Source of the DNA: Eledone cirrhosa
Taxonomy: Eukaryota
Reading direction: 5' to 3'
Length of the DNA: 64,000 nt
NCBI GenBank assembly: GCA_964016885.1
Contig: OZ024758.1
Coordinates: 9,362,001-9,426,000, forward strand
Part shown: in pieces, positions 1 through 13,500 of the stretch
Layout: each line of letters begins with the position of its first letter
How positions within the stretch are numbered: the stretch's first letter is position 1
The notes under the pieces: generated by a model
What the model saw: only the letters and a program-made list of their open reading frames with translations
Told to the model about the DNA's origin: nothing
Databases searched by the model: none
Program-made: the position numbers and the translations under genes

Positions 1-349
1 GAAAATTGAGCCTCTGCAATTTATTAATTTGTTGAGAAGTAATCAATGTATCCCACCAAAGTATTCAAACCAAATATTACATAAAATGTTAGTTTTAAGT
101 AAAGAAATATTTTAATTAAGCACTTTCTTTGCAACGAGTTGTACTCCCTGAACAAACTGATAGCTGCACAAAGCCACTGAGAGTTAACTGTCTTTTCCAG
201 TGATGTTGTATGAACTATCACATGTATAATCAGAAGGTAAATGGCCTCTCTAGTAATCTATTTGGCTGTAATTTGTAGCACTGATAAGAAAAAAGCCTCA
301 GGGTAGAATGCAAAAGCTGCTGCCACAGACTAGTAACAGTCTATGGATG

Positions 350-721
350 TATAGCGAGAGTACTGGGTTGTATGAATGTAACAAGGAATACGTTGTTTGT
401 TTGTAGATAATATTTAATTAACAATGGTAGATAGTATAGTTGACATGTCAAAGATGAGGATGATAGAATGAAGCAAAGTTAGTAGTTACCGTTTTGATTG
501 CCAGGCAAACGCGGCTGGCAGAGGATGCCTGGCTAAGGCCAGGCGCCTGTTGGCCAAATGAATGGCAGAGCCAAATGAGAGGCTCTTGACCTGGTGCCGA
601 AAAGGCAATGAGAGAATGAGAACCTAAAGTTGTTAGTTTTATAGGGTTCTGACCGGAAGTTGCAGAAAGGGTTCTACTTCCCGTCTAGATGATAACCCAA
701 ACAAGGGAGACAACCGCTACA
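350..721 (-). mobile_element. Probable solo LTR (Gypsy-type)
   Basis: Termini TATAGCG...CGCTACA (near inverted), 4-bp TSD GATG on both sides; TATAAAA and ATTAAA in the expected order on the minus strand. Confidence 0.55.
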
Positions 722-842
722 GATGTTTAAGGAAGTAACAAAATGTTATTCACTCAGCCAATCTACCTCATCATTATAATTATATGGTTAATAATTATAT
801 GGTTAATAAAGTTGTTGGTCTGTTGGCTTTATCTTTTTCTAG

Positions 843-1044
843 GTCAAACAATTAACAAGCATGCTAGATGCTCTCATAACTAATGAAATACTTAATGCTG
901 ATGTTTTGGAGGCTAACTTTTTGTTAGCATTGTATTGGTCAATTGGTGCTTGTATTGTTGATCAACACAGACCTAGGTTTGATGATTTTGTGAAAAGCCT
1001 TGCTTCCTTACCAAGTGCTCAAAGTAATACTTGTATAGTTGCAG
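843..1044 (+). CDS. DNAH10: DNAH10 exon 1 of window ([12 protein letters not shown]...TCIVA)
   Basis: ttttctag|GTC ... GCAG|gtaaga; LYWSIGA dynein AAA-lid motif. Confidence 0.88.
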
Positions 1045-4000
1045 GTAAGAGAATTTCGTTTATTATTTAATAATTTGAAAAATAGATTTATAAGGGCCAT
1101 ATAGATGGGGGAATGGGAAGACTGGATGAAATAGTTAGTGTAAATTTATTTATAAGGGTTGTATAGGCTAGGGAAATGGGAAGTCTGGATGAGGGTGTTG
1201 GTGTAGCTGTATAGGCTAGGGAAATGGGAAGTCTGGATGAGGGTGTTGGTGTCGCTGTATAGGCTGGGGGAAATGGGAAGACTAGATGAGGGTGTTGGTG
1301 TCGCTGTATAGGCTGGGGAAATGGGAAGACTAGATGAGGGTGTTGGTGTCGCTGTATATGCTGGGGAAATGGGAAGACTGGGGTTTGGTGTCGCTGTATA
1401 GGCTGGGGAAATGGGAAGACTAGATGAGGGTGTTGGTGTCGCTGTATAGGCTGGGGAAATGGGAAGACTAGATGAGGGTGTTGGTGTCGCTGTATATGCT
1501 GGGGAAATGGGAAGACTGGGGTTTGGTGTCGCTGTATAGGCTGGGGAAATGGGAAGACTAGATGAGGGTGTTGGTGTCGCTGTATAGGCTGGGGAAATGG
1601 GAAGACTAGATGAGGGTGTTGGTGTCGCTGTATAGGCTGGGGAAATGGGAAGACTAGATGAGGGTGTTGGTGTCGCTGTATAGGCTGGGGAAATCGGAAG
1701 ACTAGATGAGGGTGTTGGTGTCGCTGTATAGGCTGGGGAAATGGGAAGACTAGATGAGGGTGTTGGTGTCGCTGTATAGGCTGGGGAAATGGGAAGACTA
1801 GATGAGGGTGTTGGTGTCGCTGTATAGGCTGGGGAAATGGGAAGACTAGATGAGGGTGTTGGTGTTGCTGTATAGGCTGGGGAAATGGGAAGACTGGGGT
1901 TTGGTGTAGCTGTATAGGCTGGGGAAATGGGAAGACTGGGGTTTGGTGTAGCTGTATAGGCTGGGGAAATGGGAAGACTGGGGTTTGGTGTAGCTGTATA
2001 GGCTGGGGAAATGGGAAGACTGGGTGTTGGTGGACATTGAGAGGTGTAATTGGGTAAGGTCGGCTTTTATCACCGCTTTTTTCAGTATAATGAATTAACT
2101 AAAAATCGTGTTGATAATCTTTGCAGGAGAACTCCCGGAGTCGGAGAGTACCTTATATGAATATTTCTTTGATAATGAGCAACAAGAATGGATCCCTTGG
2201 TCCGAGAAAGTACCCCAGTATATTCATAACCCAATGATAAAATTTAGGCAAATATTGGTTCCTACTGTGGACACTGTACGCTGTACTTGGTTACTTCAAC
2301 TGATGGTGGATATCAAACAACCAGTGGTACTTGTCGGAGAGACTGGTACATCAAAGACAGCAAGCATATCAAGTTTTCTGAGGTCCCTAAATTCTGAGGA
2401 TCATGTAAGTAATAAATGTTTCTACTTTAGGCACAAGGCCAGCAATTACCCAGTGTAATACTGGTACTTTATTTTATTGACCCCGTAAGGATGAAAGGCA
2501 AAGTTAACCTTGGCGGCATTTGAACTCAGAATGGCAAGGGCCGTAACTCTATGCGCCAAAGCATGGCATCCGACACTCTACCAATACTGCCAATCCACCG
2601 CCTATGTAAGTAATAAATGACTTCCAAATAGCATCATCATCATCATCATTGATATTATTATCAATTGGTAGTATTGGTAGAGTGTTGGACACCATGCTTC
2701 GCGGCATCGAGTTACGGCCCTTTATGTTCAAATTCTGCCAAGGTTAGCTTTGCCTTTCATCTTTACAGGGTTGATAAAAGAAAGTACCAGTAATGCACTG
2801 GAGTTGATTTAATTGAGTTTCACCTCTCCCCAAATTTTTGGCCTTGTGCGTAAATTAGAAAACCATTATTGTCAATATTAATATATGACATACTGAAAAC
2901 CAAAATCATTAATGTACTCTTGAGTCTCAAATAATCCCCCCCCCCCCCCCCCACTTATTAATTTTTCAGGACCCCCATCCCCATCCTTTCCACAACCACT
3001 TATTAAATTTTGTTAATCTATCTCTGACGAAATTTTATTTTAAGTGGTAACATTGCTGTGACAATTAATTTTCTTTATACATTAAAAAACATTATACATG
3101 ACAAAAAAAAGAACATTACAAGAAATCCCATATGTCATAAAATAAATAGAATGTGTTGGGGGTCTCAATATGTAAACTAAATGACTAATTCTGGTTTTTA
3201 AAAATTCAATGGAGACAATCTAGACAAATTACCAATTTTTCAACCCCTCCCTTGGTTTATTCCACCACTCAGCTTATTCCAACTTCTATTATTTGGAACC
3301 CGAGAGTACCAGAGGAAGCAGATAGGGGACATAACTTAACATTGGGGCAACATTTCTAGTCTTGTGCCAATATATGAAATAATTAGTACCCACTAGGGCA
3401 GTGGTAGTATCAGTTGAGTATCAGATAATATGTGAAACCATTAAAGTGTCAGAGAATATGTGAAACCATTAGAGTGTCAGACAATACTTGAAATCCTTTA
3501 TACTCACTAGGGCAGTGGCAGTATCAGACAAAATGCTTTACATTAAATCATTAGAGTATCAGACAAAATGCTTTATAGTATATAGTTATGACTTTCTATG
3601 TTCTGAGTTCAAATCCTGAGGTAGTCAAACTTTTCATTTTATCCTTCTAGTGTCAATAAAATAAATTACCAGTAAAATACTGGGGTTGATATAATTGACT
3701 TTCCTTTCCCCATGAAAATTACTGGAAATATTAGAAACAATTATTACACTTGCCAACTTTTGTATATCTTTTTTGTATTTCCAATGTGATCTTCATTTTT
3801 AAAGACAATAGAGGAGGACCCTTCAGGCATGTGAAGGACATAACAGCCTCTCTAGTGTTTGTTGACCTCCATGATAAACACACCCAGTACATGCTGTAAA
3901 GTGGTGGGTGATGGGAAGGGCATCCAGCCATAGAAATCTTGCCAAACAAAGAGTTGGAAGGACCCTCAGTTGTGTCAAAGACAATGGCAACCTCTCCTGT

Positions 4001-7000
4001 GCATCCAGTGAAGCGTTAACTGTGCATAAGCGAGACACATATCCCTGGCCTACCTCGGAGATCAGTGGCGCCACTTCAGTAATAACTTGGGTCTATGTAG
4101 ATCCATCTAACCCTTGCTAGCAGGGAAAGTGGATATGACGTTAATATGACGATGATGATGATGATAATGAATAGAGTGTGATTTGATAACTGTATGACTG
4201 CTATTTCTAGCAGATCAAGCAACTTATTGGTTTGAGAAGGCAAGGTAATAACAAAAGGGCAAGAGTTTTTGAAACCTTTCTCTCCAACATTTCTCTTCAG
4301 TTGTTGTTGAATATGAATTTCTCCAGCCGCACCACATCCTATGATGTACAAAGGAATCTAGAAGCTAATGTGGAGAAACGAACTAAAGACACATATGGTC
4401 CTCCCCCAGGGAACCGACTCCTCATCTTCATTGATGATATGAACATGCCACAAGTAAGTTGTTTTCTAGTATTGCAGTTTTGAATTATATACGGACTATG
4501 TCAGCAAGTTCAGCAAATTTGCTCACATAGTCCGTTTATATTACTATTATACATCCAACGGAGCATGCATGCTGCGTTCCTTTCCAATCTGTGCAGGTCC
4601 TCTGCACACAATGCCCATGTCTCACTGCCTTGTAATATTGCCGTTTGTATACAAGCATCATACAATCTGCCTTTCACTTTTACAGAAAAACCCTTTGTGG
4701 CCAACAGCGGTATTAGCTCTCTGAACCTTTTCCATCCTGTTCTAACTCTGGTTACTGTACTTTCAGAGCACCCTCCACCACTGCTGATTCTTAATCTATA
4801 TTCTTAAAAGTACCAGAAATCTGCTACATAAATGATCTTACTGTTTTACAGGTGGATACTTATGGTACACAACAACCCATAGCTCTGTTGAAACTACTCC
4901 TTGAAAAAGGAGGGGTTTATGATAGAGGAAAAGATTTGAACTGGAAACAAATGAAAGATATTGGATATATTGCTGCGATGGGTAAAGCTGGAGGTGGACG
5001 CAATGACACAGATCCTCGATTTGTGTCCTTATTCACTTGTTTCAATATGACATTCCCATCTGATCAATCTTTATACGGGATATATCATTCAATTCTGAGT
5101 GGTCATGTACAGACATTTCCTTCAGATATTATTGATGCTTCATCTGCCATAACCAGAATGACGTTGGCCCTCTACAAGTAAGTTTTACTTTTCCACTTTT
5201 ATAAATAACACCATTTTCTTGTAATATTTCTCAGCTATTTTCATATCTTCTTCTTCTTCTTCTTCTTCTCCCCCCCCTCTTCCTCCTCCCCCTCCTCTTC
5301 CTACATTGACAAAATGTTTTCTTCTTTGTGTTTATAGATATGTTGTTCAAGAATTACCTCCAACACCTTCGAAATTTCACTACATTTTTAATTTACGAGA
5401 TTTGTCAAGAATCTATAATGGTCTTTGTCGAACAATGCCAGAACGTTTCAACGATACCTCACATTTTCTGCGGGTGTGGAGAAATGAATGCTTACGAGTC
5501 TTTGCTGATCGTTTGGTCAATCACACAGACAAAGCTCTTGTACAAGTAAGTTTATCTGTGAAAGGTAAAGCATTATCTGTCACTCAAACGATTATAACTT
5601 ATCCATTTAACTATCAGTTGTTTTGAATCTCTTAAAGCATCAACACTTTGGTAGCTTAGTGGTTAGAGATTTGGATTCACATTTGTAAAGTAAGTTCAAT
5701 TCCTGGACTGGACGATGTGTTATGTCCTTGAGCAACATACTTTATTTCATGTTGCTCCTTCTGCCAGGAGTTACAACTGGTAGATAGTATCAGCAATTGG
5801 AAAGACCAATGGAAACATTGTTTCCTTGTTCCTATCTGATGAGTTCCTCCTCACTTGGTAAGCGTCTGAGATCTTGTCTTATCTTAAAAAAAGAAAAAGA
5901 AAAAAAAAAGAAAAGATAAGTGATTTCAATGATCTTATTGAAATTTTTCAGTCTTTAGATTGTCTACAGTAATTATAGGGGACAACATTATGATTACAGA
6001 ATATAAAAGATGCTGCTAGTAGCTATTAAAAAGTCTCAGTTGATGTAAAGCTACAAAATAGACAAAACATCTTTTTGTTGCTTTATTGACTACATTTTTC
6101 TAAACCTCAAATAATTTTTGAATTTGAACTATTTTTTGCATTCAAATAATGTTGATGCTTTTAACTTTCAAATTTAAAAAATTTCCTTTTATTCAATGGT
6201 TCTAAAAAACAGATTGTTTACTAAAATAATTTGCTTTTTCTGTTTTGAATTTTGATACCAGTATTAAAATGATCACTGTGACAACAGAGGCATAACCAGG
6301 GAAAATAGCACCTATGGCAAGCAGTGAAATTGCGTCCCTGCCCAGCTCTGTATTTTTACCTATGGACCTAATAATTTACATAAATAGTTTAATGATCCAG
6401 TCACCATAGTGTTCTCACCCACGGTAATCAGAGACAGATCATATATCTGGAGGAGTTTCTTTTTTCTCTCTCCGACAATATCTTTTCTGTCTTTAATAGA
6501 GAATGCTCCCTTTAGCATTCACATTACTCTATATATACTATTATATTTTCATGGTAAAGGCTTTACCTCACATAACATTCACATTACTCTATATATACTA
6601 TTATATTTTCATGGTAAATGGTTTACCTCACATAACATTCACATTACTCTATATATACTATTATATTTTCATGGTAAAGGCTTTACCTCACATAATTATC
6701 TCACATAATATCGAATCTATGAGATTTTGAAAGTATTTATTTTGAGAACAATACCTTAACATCAGTTTGAGTGACCAGTTACAGCCAGTTACAGCCAGAA
6801 AGAGGTAGAGAATTCTGGCCGGTTTTGACCGGTTTGAACATTAAAGGGTTAACAGTGTATAAACTAGATACTATTAACAGTTGTATCGCTTTTTCTTTGT
6901 TCTTGAATCAATTATTTGAATTTCTATTTCCAGGATCATATACAATTATTACTTATTGCATGTGATTTTAAAACTCATCTTCAATACGTAATGAGAAATC

Positions 7001-7396
7001 CTATTTTATTTGGTGACTACACAAATGCATTTGACGGGTTAGGGTTTTATGAAGATGTCCTGGATTTTGAGGCCTGTAAAGCTTTGTTTCAAGAGGTAAA
7101 TTCAATTTTATATTACCTTGGAAACCACAGAAGTAATATTGTGTGTGTGTGTGTGTGCATGTATGTATGTATGTATGTGTGTGTGTGTGCATGCATGTGT
7201 GTATGTGTATGTTTGTGTGTGTGTGTGCATATGTGTGTGTGCATATGTGTGTGTGTGTGTGTGTGTGCGTGTGTGTATGTGCGTGTGTGGGGTATGTGTG
7301 TGCATGTGTGTATGTGCGTGTGTGTGTGCATGTGTGTATGTGCATGTGTATGTGTGCATGTGTGCATGAGTGCATATGTGTGCGTGTGTGTACATG

Positions 7397-7460
<64 letters not shown>

Positions 7461-7539
7461 TGTGTGTGTGTGGGGTATGTGTGTGCATGTGTGTATGTGC
7501 ATGTGTGTATGTGTATGTTTGTGTGTGTGTGTGTGCATA

Positions 7540-7570
<31 letters not shown>

Positions 7571-10500
7571 GTGAATGTGTGTGTGTGTGGGGTATGTGTG
7601 TGCATGTGTGTATGTGCGTGTGTGTGTGCATGTGTGTATGTGCATGTGTATGTGTGCATGAGTGCATATGTGTGCGTGTGTGTACATGTGTGTGCGTGTG
7701 TGTGTGTGTGTGTGTGTGAGTGTGTGTACATATTTACAGATATAAACATCAGCAAGCTATACCATTGCTAAGCCAATAAATCTGTGACTAAAGTGTTATT
7801 ACCTGTTGAGCCTCAAATGAGAGTCTTACCAGCCCAGAACCAGGACATATTAATGGAAATATAGTGTAAATGGGAAATCTAAGATCATCATCATCGTCAT
7901 AACTGTTTAACATCTATTTTTCCATGCTAGCATGGGTTAAATGGGTTGTCACGTTATGAGACAAGTCAGACCAGATGACCATTTCTTGCTCATATTGAAC
8001 TTTCTGGTTTGGTTTCTACGGCTGGATGCCCCTTCCTAACGCCAATGATGACTTTATTAATTTGTTCAAACATTGAATCGTTTTAGAAATACAGACATTT
8101 GCCGGAATTGCGGGAGTAACCAGAACATTCTTTATAAATTTAACCACTTAGTTTAGAAGTTACTACATGTTTTCTAGAAAGGTTAAGTGAAATAAGAAGT
8201 TTAGTGTGACTTGCCTAAAAGCCAGTTGATGGTTTGAACTGACAAACTATAACTACAAATAATTGTTTCTACTTTAGGCACAAGGCCAGCAATTACCCAG
8301 TGCATTACTGGTACTTTATTTTATCGACCCCGTAAGGATGAAAGGCAGAGTCAACCTCGGCGGGATTTGAACTCAGATCGTAAAGGGACGTAACTATGCT
8401 GGAAAGCATGGCGTCCAACCCTCCACCGATACTGCCAAACCACCTACAAATAATATATTGTTGTTTGCGTGTGAGTGTCAGCATTATGAACTGTTTCATC
8501 TGAAGACTGCCACCCTACCTCTACTCTAATATGTTGTCCACCTTGTGGTCTCAGCTGATAGCATGGAGAAGAAATTGCCCTGGAGGACAGTGAGGGAGAT
8601 GGAACAGTCACTGAACCTTGCTGGGCTTGTGCCTGCAGGCAGCCAGCTCTGCTCTGATAGCAGTGAGTAGGAATGTGGTCCAGGGGTCAACTCTGCTCTG
8701 ATAGCAGTGAGTAGGAATGTGGTCCAGGGGTCAAGAATGCTGGAAGTCTCCACTGCCACAGTCTAAAATCTAATTTCTATCTCGAGCCCGGAGGCTCATC
8801 AGGCTGGTTCTTACCCTAGCTTCCATGGTGTTAAGTGATTGAGAGTACAAGACTCTCTCTTGGCCAGGATGCCAGTCCATTGCAGAGCTAAACTCCCAGC
8901 TACTGCTGGTACTCATTTTTCGCTGAGTGTACTGGAACAATGTGAAATAGGGTGTTTTGCTCAAGAACACAAACAGGAATCAAACCCACATCATTATGAT
9001 CATAAGCTCAACACCTTTACCACTAGGCCATGTGCCTCTACTGCTACAGGTTCAACCACAAACCCATCAGAGAATGACCGAACACACAGTTGGTGTGGAT
9101 CTTCTTACCTTATATGTTGTTATTTATAGTTTTTCTTTTCAATTTCCAGTTATTGGATGAATACAATGACAGACTTACTCCAATGAGGTTAGTTCTGTTT
9201 AATGATGCTTTGGAACATTTGACTCGGATGCACCGTGTTATCCGCATGGATCAAGGTCATGGTTTGCTGGTCGGTGTTGGAGGCAGTGGTAAGCAGTGTC
9301 TGTGTCGCCTTGCTAGTTTTGCTGCTGAGTGCCAAATATTTAAGATTACACTTTCTCGAGGATACAACGAGAGTAGCTTCCGTGAAGATTTGAAAATACT
9401 GTACAACAAATTAGGTATGGACAACCAGAAGATGGTATTCCTTTTTGCTGATGAAGATGTTGCTGAAGAAGGTAAGCATCAAATACAGATGTTATCAAGT
9501 GCAATAAATAGAGTAAATTACTTGACTTTTTACTCATCAGAGATATCTTTTCTCTACCAACAGATGTTTAGCTTTAACCCTTTCCATACTAAACTGATTG
9601 AAACTGCCCCAGTTTTATGATACACATCTGATCATTTAAAAATATTTGTAGTTATATTAAAACCTTCCATCATAATTTTATTTAAGAAATTTTTGTTAAG
9701 TAATGTTTCAAACATCAGCTTAATGAAAAGTTGAAGTATCACATTACATTCCTCAAATTTTCTAAAATTAATCAATACACATAGGCAGTATAATTCATTG
9801 GAAATACAGTAACAAAAAGTTTAATATAGTATAAACATAGCCATTTTAAGGAGAAGATTTGGAGTTCAGCAACACTATGGAACATTCTTTTTTGTCCTGT
9901 AACTCCCGAGGGAGTTGTATAGGCACTGTACAGACTGTGTTTCTAGGGTATTTTTAAACCTGGCGGAGACCATCTCCTCTCCAAGTTTGAATATAGCTGA
10001 TTTCTTCCAGAAAAGAATAGAGATTGAGAGAATGGAAGTGAGAAAGGGATATAGAGGACGAATTGACCCCAGTACTTGACTGGTACTTTTTTTTTTATCG
10101 ATCTCGAATGGTTTAAAGACACGAGGATTTGAACTCAGAACACAGAACTGAACATTCATCAATTATAAAATAATCAACTATATCATATAAGTTGATTAGA
10201 ATATTCTAAATTAAGCTACCTTTGCTGGGGCTATGCTGTGTCATTCATGTTATTAAAAACAAATTCATAAAATTCTAATATTAAAGTGGCTTTTATAAGG
10301 TCATTCTTAACCGAAGGGTTTGGCATGAAGCAGATGACAAACAAATTCAATTCCCTTCAGGCTATATTTACAGGTGTACTTCCAAAATACATAAAGAAAT
10401 ACTTGTTGTAGATTTAAACTATTGATCTTTGAGCTGGTAGTCCAACTCCATATCTAATCAGTTATTTCATGTCTACAGAGCTGGTAGTCCAACTCCATAT

Positions 10501-13500
10501 CTAGTCAATTATTTCATGTCTACACGAACCACTGATGATCAATAATTTTCTGGAACTTTAACTTATTGATTTGGTTAATGTAACTCTCTACTTGATGCCC
10601 TGTAACTATTTATTTAGCAATGTCATGAAATAATTGTACATCATCATCATCATCACCACCACCATCATCATTGTCATCGTTTAACATTTGCTTTCCTTGC
10701 TAGCAAGGGTTGGACAGGTCTACATAGACCAAGTCAGTCCTGAAGCATAGCTATTGACCTCTGGGTTGGACAGGTCTACATATACCAACTCAGTACTGAC
10801 ATATAGCTATTGGCCTCTGGGTTGGACAGGTCTACATATACCAACTCAGTACTGAAGCATAGCTATTGACCTGCCAGACAGGCCGGGGTCACCATCTCAT
10901 TTACATATGGTCTCATGTTCTATCAAGTGCACAGGGGAGGTTGGCATGTCTTTGACACAAACTGAATTATCCTCCCAACCCTTTGTTTGGCAAACTTTCT
11001 ACGGCTAGATGCCATTCCTATCACCAACCACTTTACAGCATGTACAGTGCACTATAATTTACTTAAATCCTTCTATAGGCTTCTTAGAATTGGTAAACAA
11101 CATGTTGACAACTGGGATGGTTCCAGCATTGTATACAGATGAAGAAAAAGAAGGAATTATTACACAGGTAAGAATTAAAAACAATACAAGGAATTAGTTC
11201 ACAGGTAAGAATTAAAACAATACAAGGAATTATTTCACAGGTAAGAATTAAAAACAACACAAGGAATTATTTGAACTTTTCAACCTACCCTCGTATATAC
11301 AAACACATCATTATATTTGATATGTTGATTATTGCTATATTATTTCAGATCCGTGATGAAGCAATGCTATTAGGATACTCACCAGCACGTGAATCTATAT
11401 GGCAGTATTTCATCCACAAATGTTCTGATAACCTTCATATTATGATGTCAATGTCCCCAATCGGAGACACTTTGAGAAAACGCTGTAGAAATTTTCCTGG
11501 TAAATTATAGAGTTTGAACTCTCTGAAATATTTCATCTTCATCTAAAATTTAACTCTTAACATCCTGTACCACAAAAAAAAACAAACAAATATTTGCAGG
11601 GCATTCTTGAAAAATATAAAACAGTACTATGAATGCAGTTAAATAAGAAGTCTGCAGTAAAGGCCATTCTATCAACAGTCTTGTATAAGCTCACAGCAAT
11701 ACTCTACAACAGTATCACATTAAAAGATAACATCTTTATTTTAGTTTGCTGCAAATGTTCACAACATTTTGTCTCCTTGTAAATACTCTAGAAACATTTG
11801 AATTAACAAACCTGTTTTTAGATATTTTCTGCTGACTCATTACAGGATGTGAAGAGTTAAGCAACTTCTAAATTGCATTACAATATGTAATCAATTGATA
11901 TGTTTCATTTGTTTGGCAGGCTCAGTGAAACTTTTAGATAAATTACATATTTTCATGAATTTGGAGTATGGCAGGTCAACTGAATGTTATATTCTTGGAG
12001 CTGAACAGTCACCATTAGCACTTTTATGTTTACTTTTCCATTTTTGCATGGGTTGGATGAGCTTTTTCCAGCCCTGTTTCCCTCTACTTGCTATGTTCCT
12101 CCATCATCCTCTTGGTGGTTCAGCATTTTTCCATTGTTTGTTTTCTTGTGGCAGCACCACTACCACATGACAGGGTGGACTGGGTGCTTTTTTCATGGCA
12201 CTAACACTACCACTTTATGTTGTGGGCTGAGTGCCTTTTATTGTGGCATCAGTACCATTACTTTATGGTGTGGGCTGGGTGCATTTTATTGTGGCATCAG
12301 CACCATTACTTTATGGTGTGGGCTGGGTGTATTTTATTGTGGCATCAGCACTTCCACCTTCAAGTGTGGTCTGAGCACTTACCATATTTTTTTTTATTGT
12401 GTTAGCAGTATTACCATATTTCAACACTAGTATATAATATGTTAAATGTTTGAAAGTGAATAAAAACAAATGTTCTTCAATGTCTTCTCTTTGAACCTTT
12501 CTGATCTGAGAAGGTCCTCATAAGTTATAGAAAAACTCCTACTATTTTGTAGACATAAAGATAAATATACTATCACCATCATCATTTAGCATTTGTTCCC
12601 CTTGCTAGTAAGGGTTGGATAGGCTGTCAAAGACCAAGTCAGTCCTGAAGTATAGCTATTAACCTCTCAGACAGACAGGAGCTCTGCATCTTGTTCCCAT
12701 ACTCTACCAAGTGCACAGATAGACTAGGGTTTGCATGCATTCATGCACTCTACTGATAGTATTTTATCATAGCATCAGCACTAGAGAGGTTGTCATGTCT
12801 TTGGTGGCAAGTTTTTATACAACTAGTTACCCTTCTTATTACCAACCACTTTACAGAGTGTACTGGTTGCATATATATTTTGTAGATCACCAACACTAGG
12901 TTTTAATATGTAAAAAATAAGATAAGACAAAAGATGAGTGCTATAATGTACATGAATATGTAACTCAAAAGTAAACAGAAATAACAAAGCAAACGACACA
13001 GTACAATGAAGAAATATATTAGTTTAATGCTTGAAATAACAGGAAAATGTCTTAACATTTCAGACACAAGTCTTTCATTTGAAGATAGAATGAGCGATAA
13101 AAAAAATGAAATTTGTAGATAAATAAACACCTAACATTCTTGCTGTTTCTTTAAAGGTGTTGTGAACAATGCCAGCATTGATTGGTTCTTTCCTTGGCCT
13201 CCTGAAGCATTGACATCTGTGGCTAGTGTCTTTATAAGTGAAGAAGTATGTACCTTTTCAATTGATCTTATCTACACTATCATCATCATTATGATTATCA
13301 TCATCATCCTCATCATCATCATCAGCAGCAATACAAATAAACCATGTTAGACATGTTTTACTACAAATATAATATTAAAGAAAGTGGGGATTTGAGAGAG
13401 AGAGAGAGAGAGAGAGAAAATTGCAAGTTTTACACACTTTCTAAAATTATTAATAATTTCATTACTAAGATAATAACTTGACATATAGTTCTTATATGAA

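Noticed and set aside
7001-7771. Long ORFs rich in H/T or C/V
   Set aside because: Translations of the (TG)n microsatellite; only 6934-7095 is exonic.
8770-8810. CTGATGAGCC-tccg-GGCTCGAGA on minus (similar at 58382) as a hammerhead
   Set aside because: No GAAA after the stem; this is the 3' stem-loop of SINE family 2.
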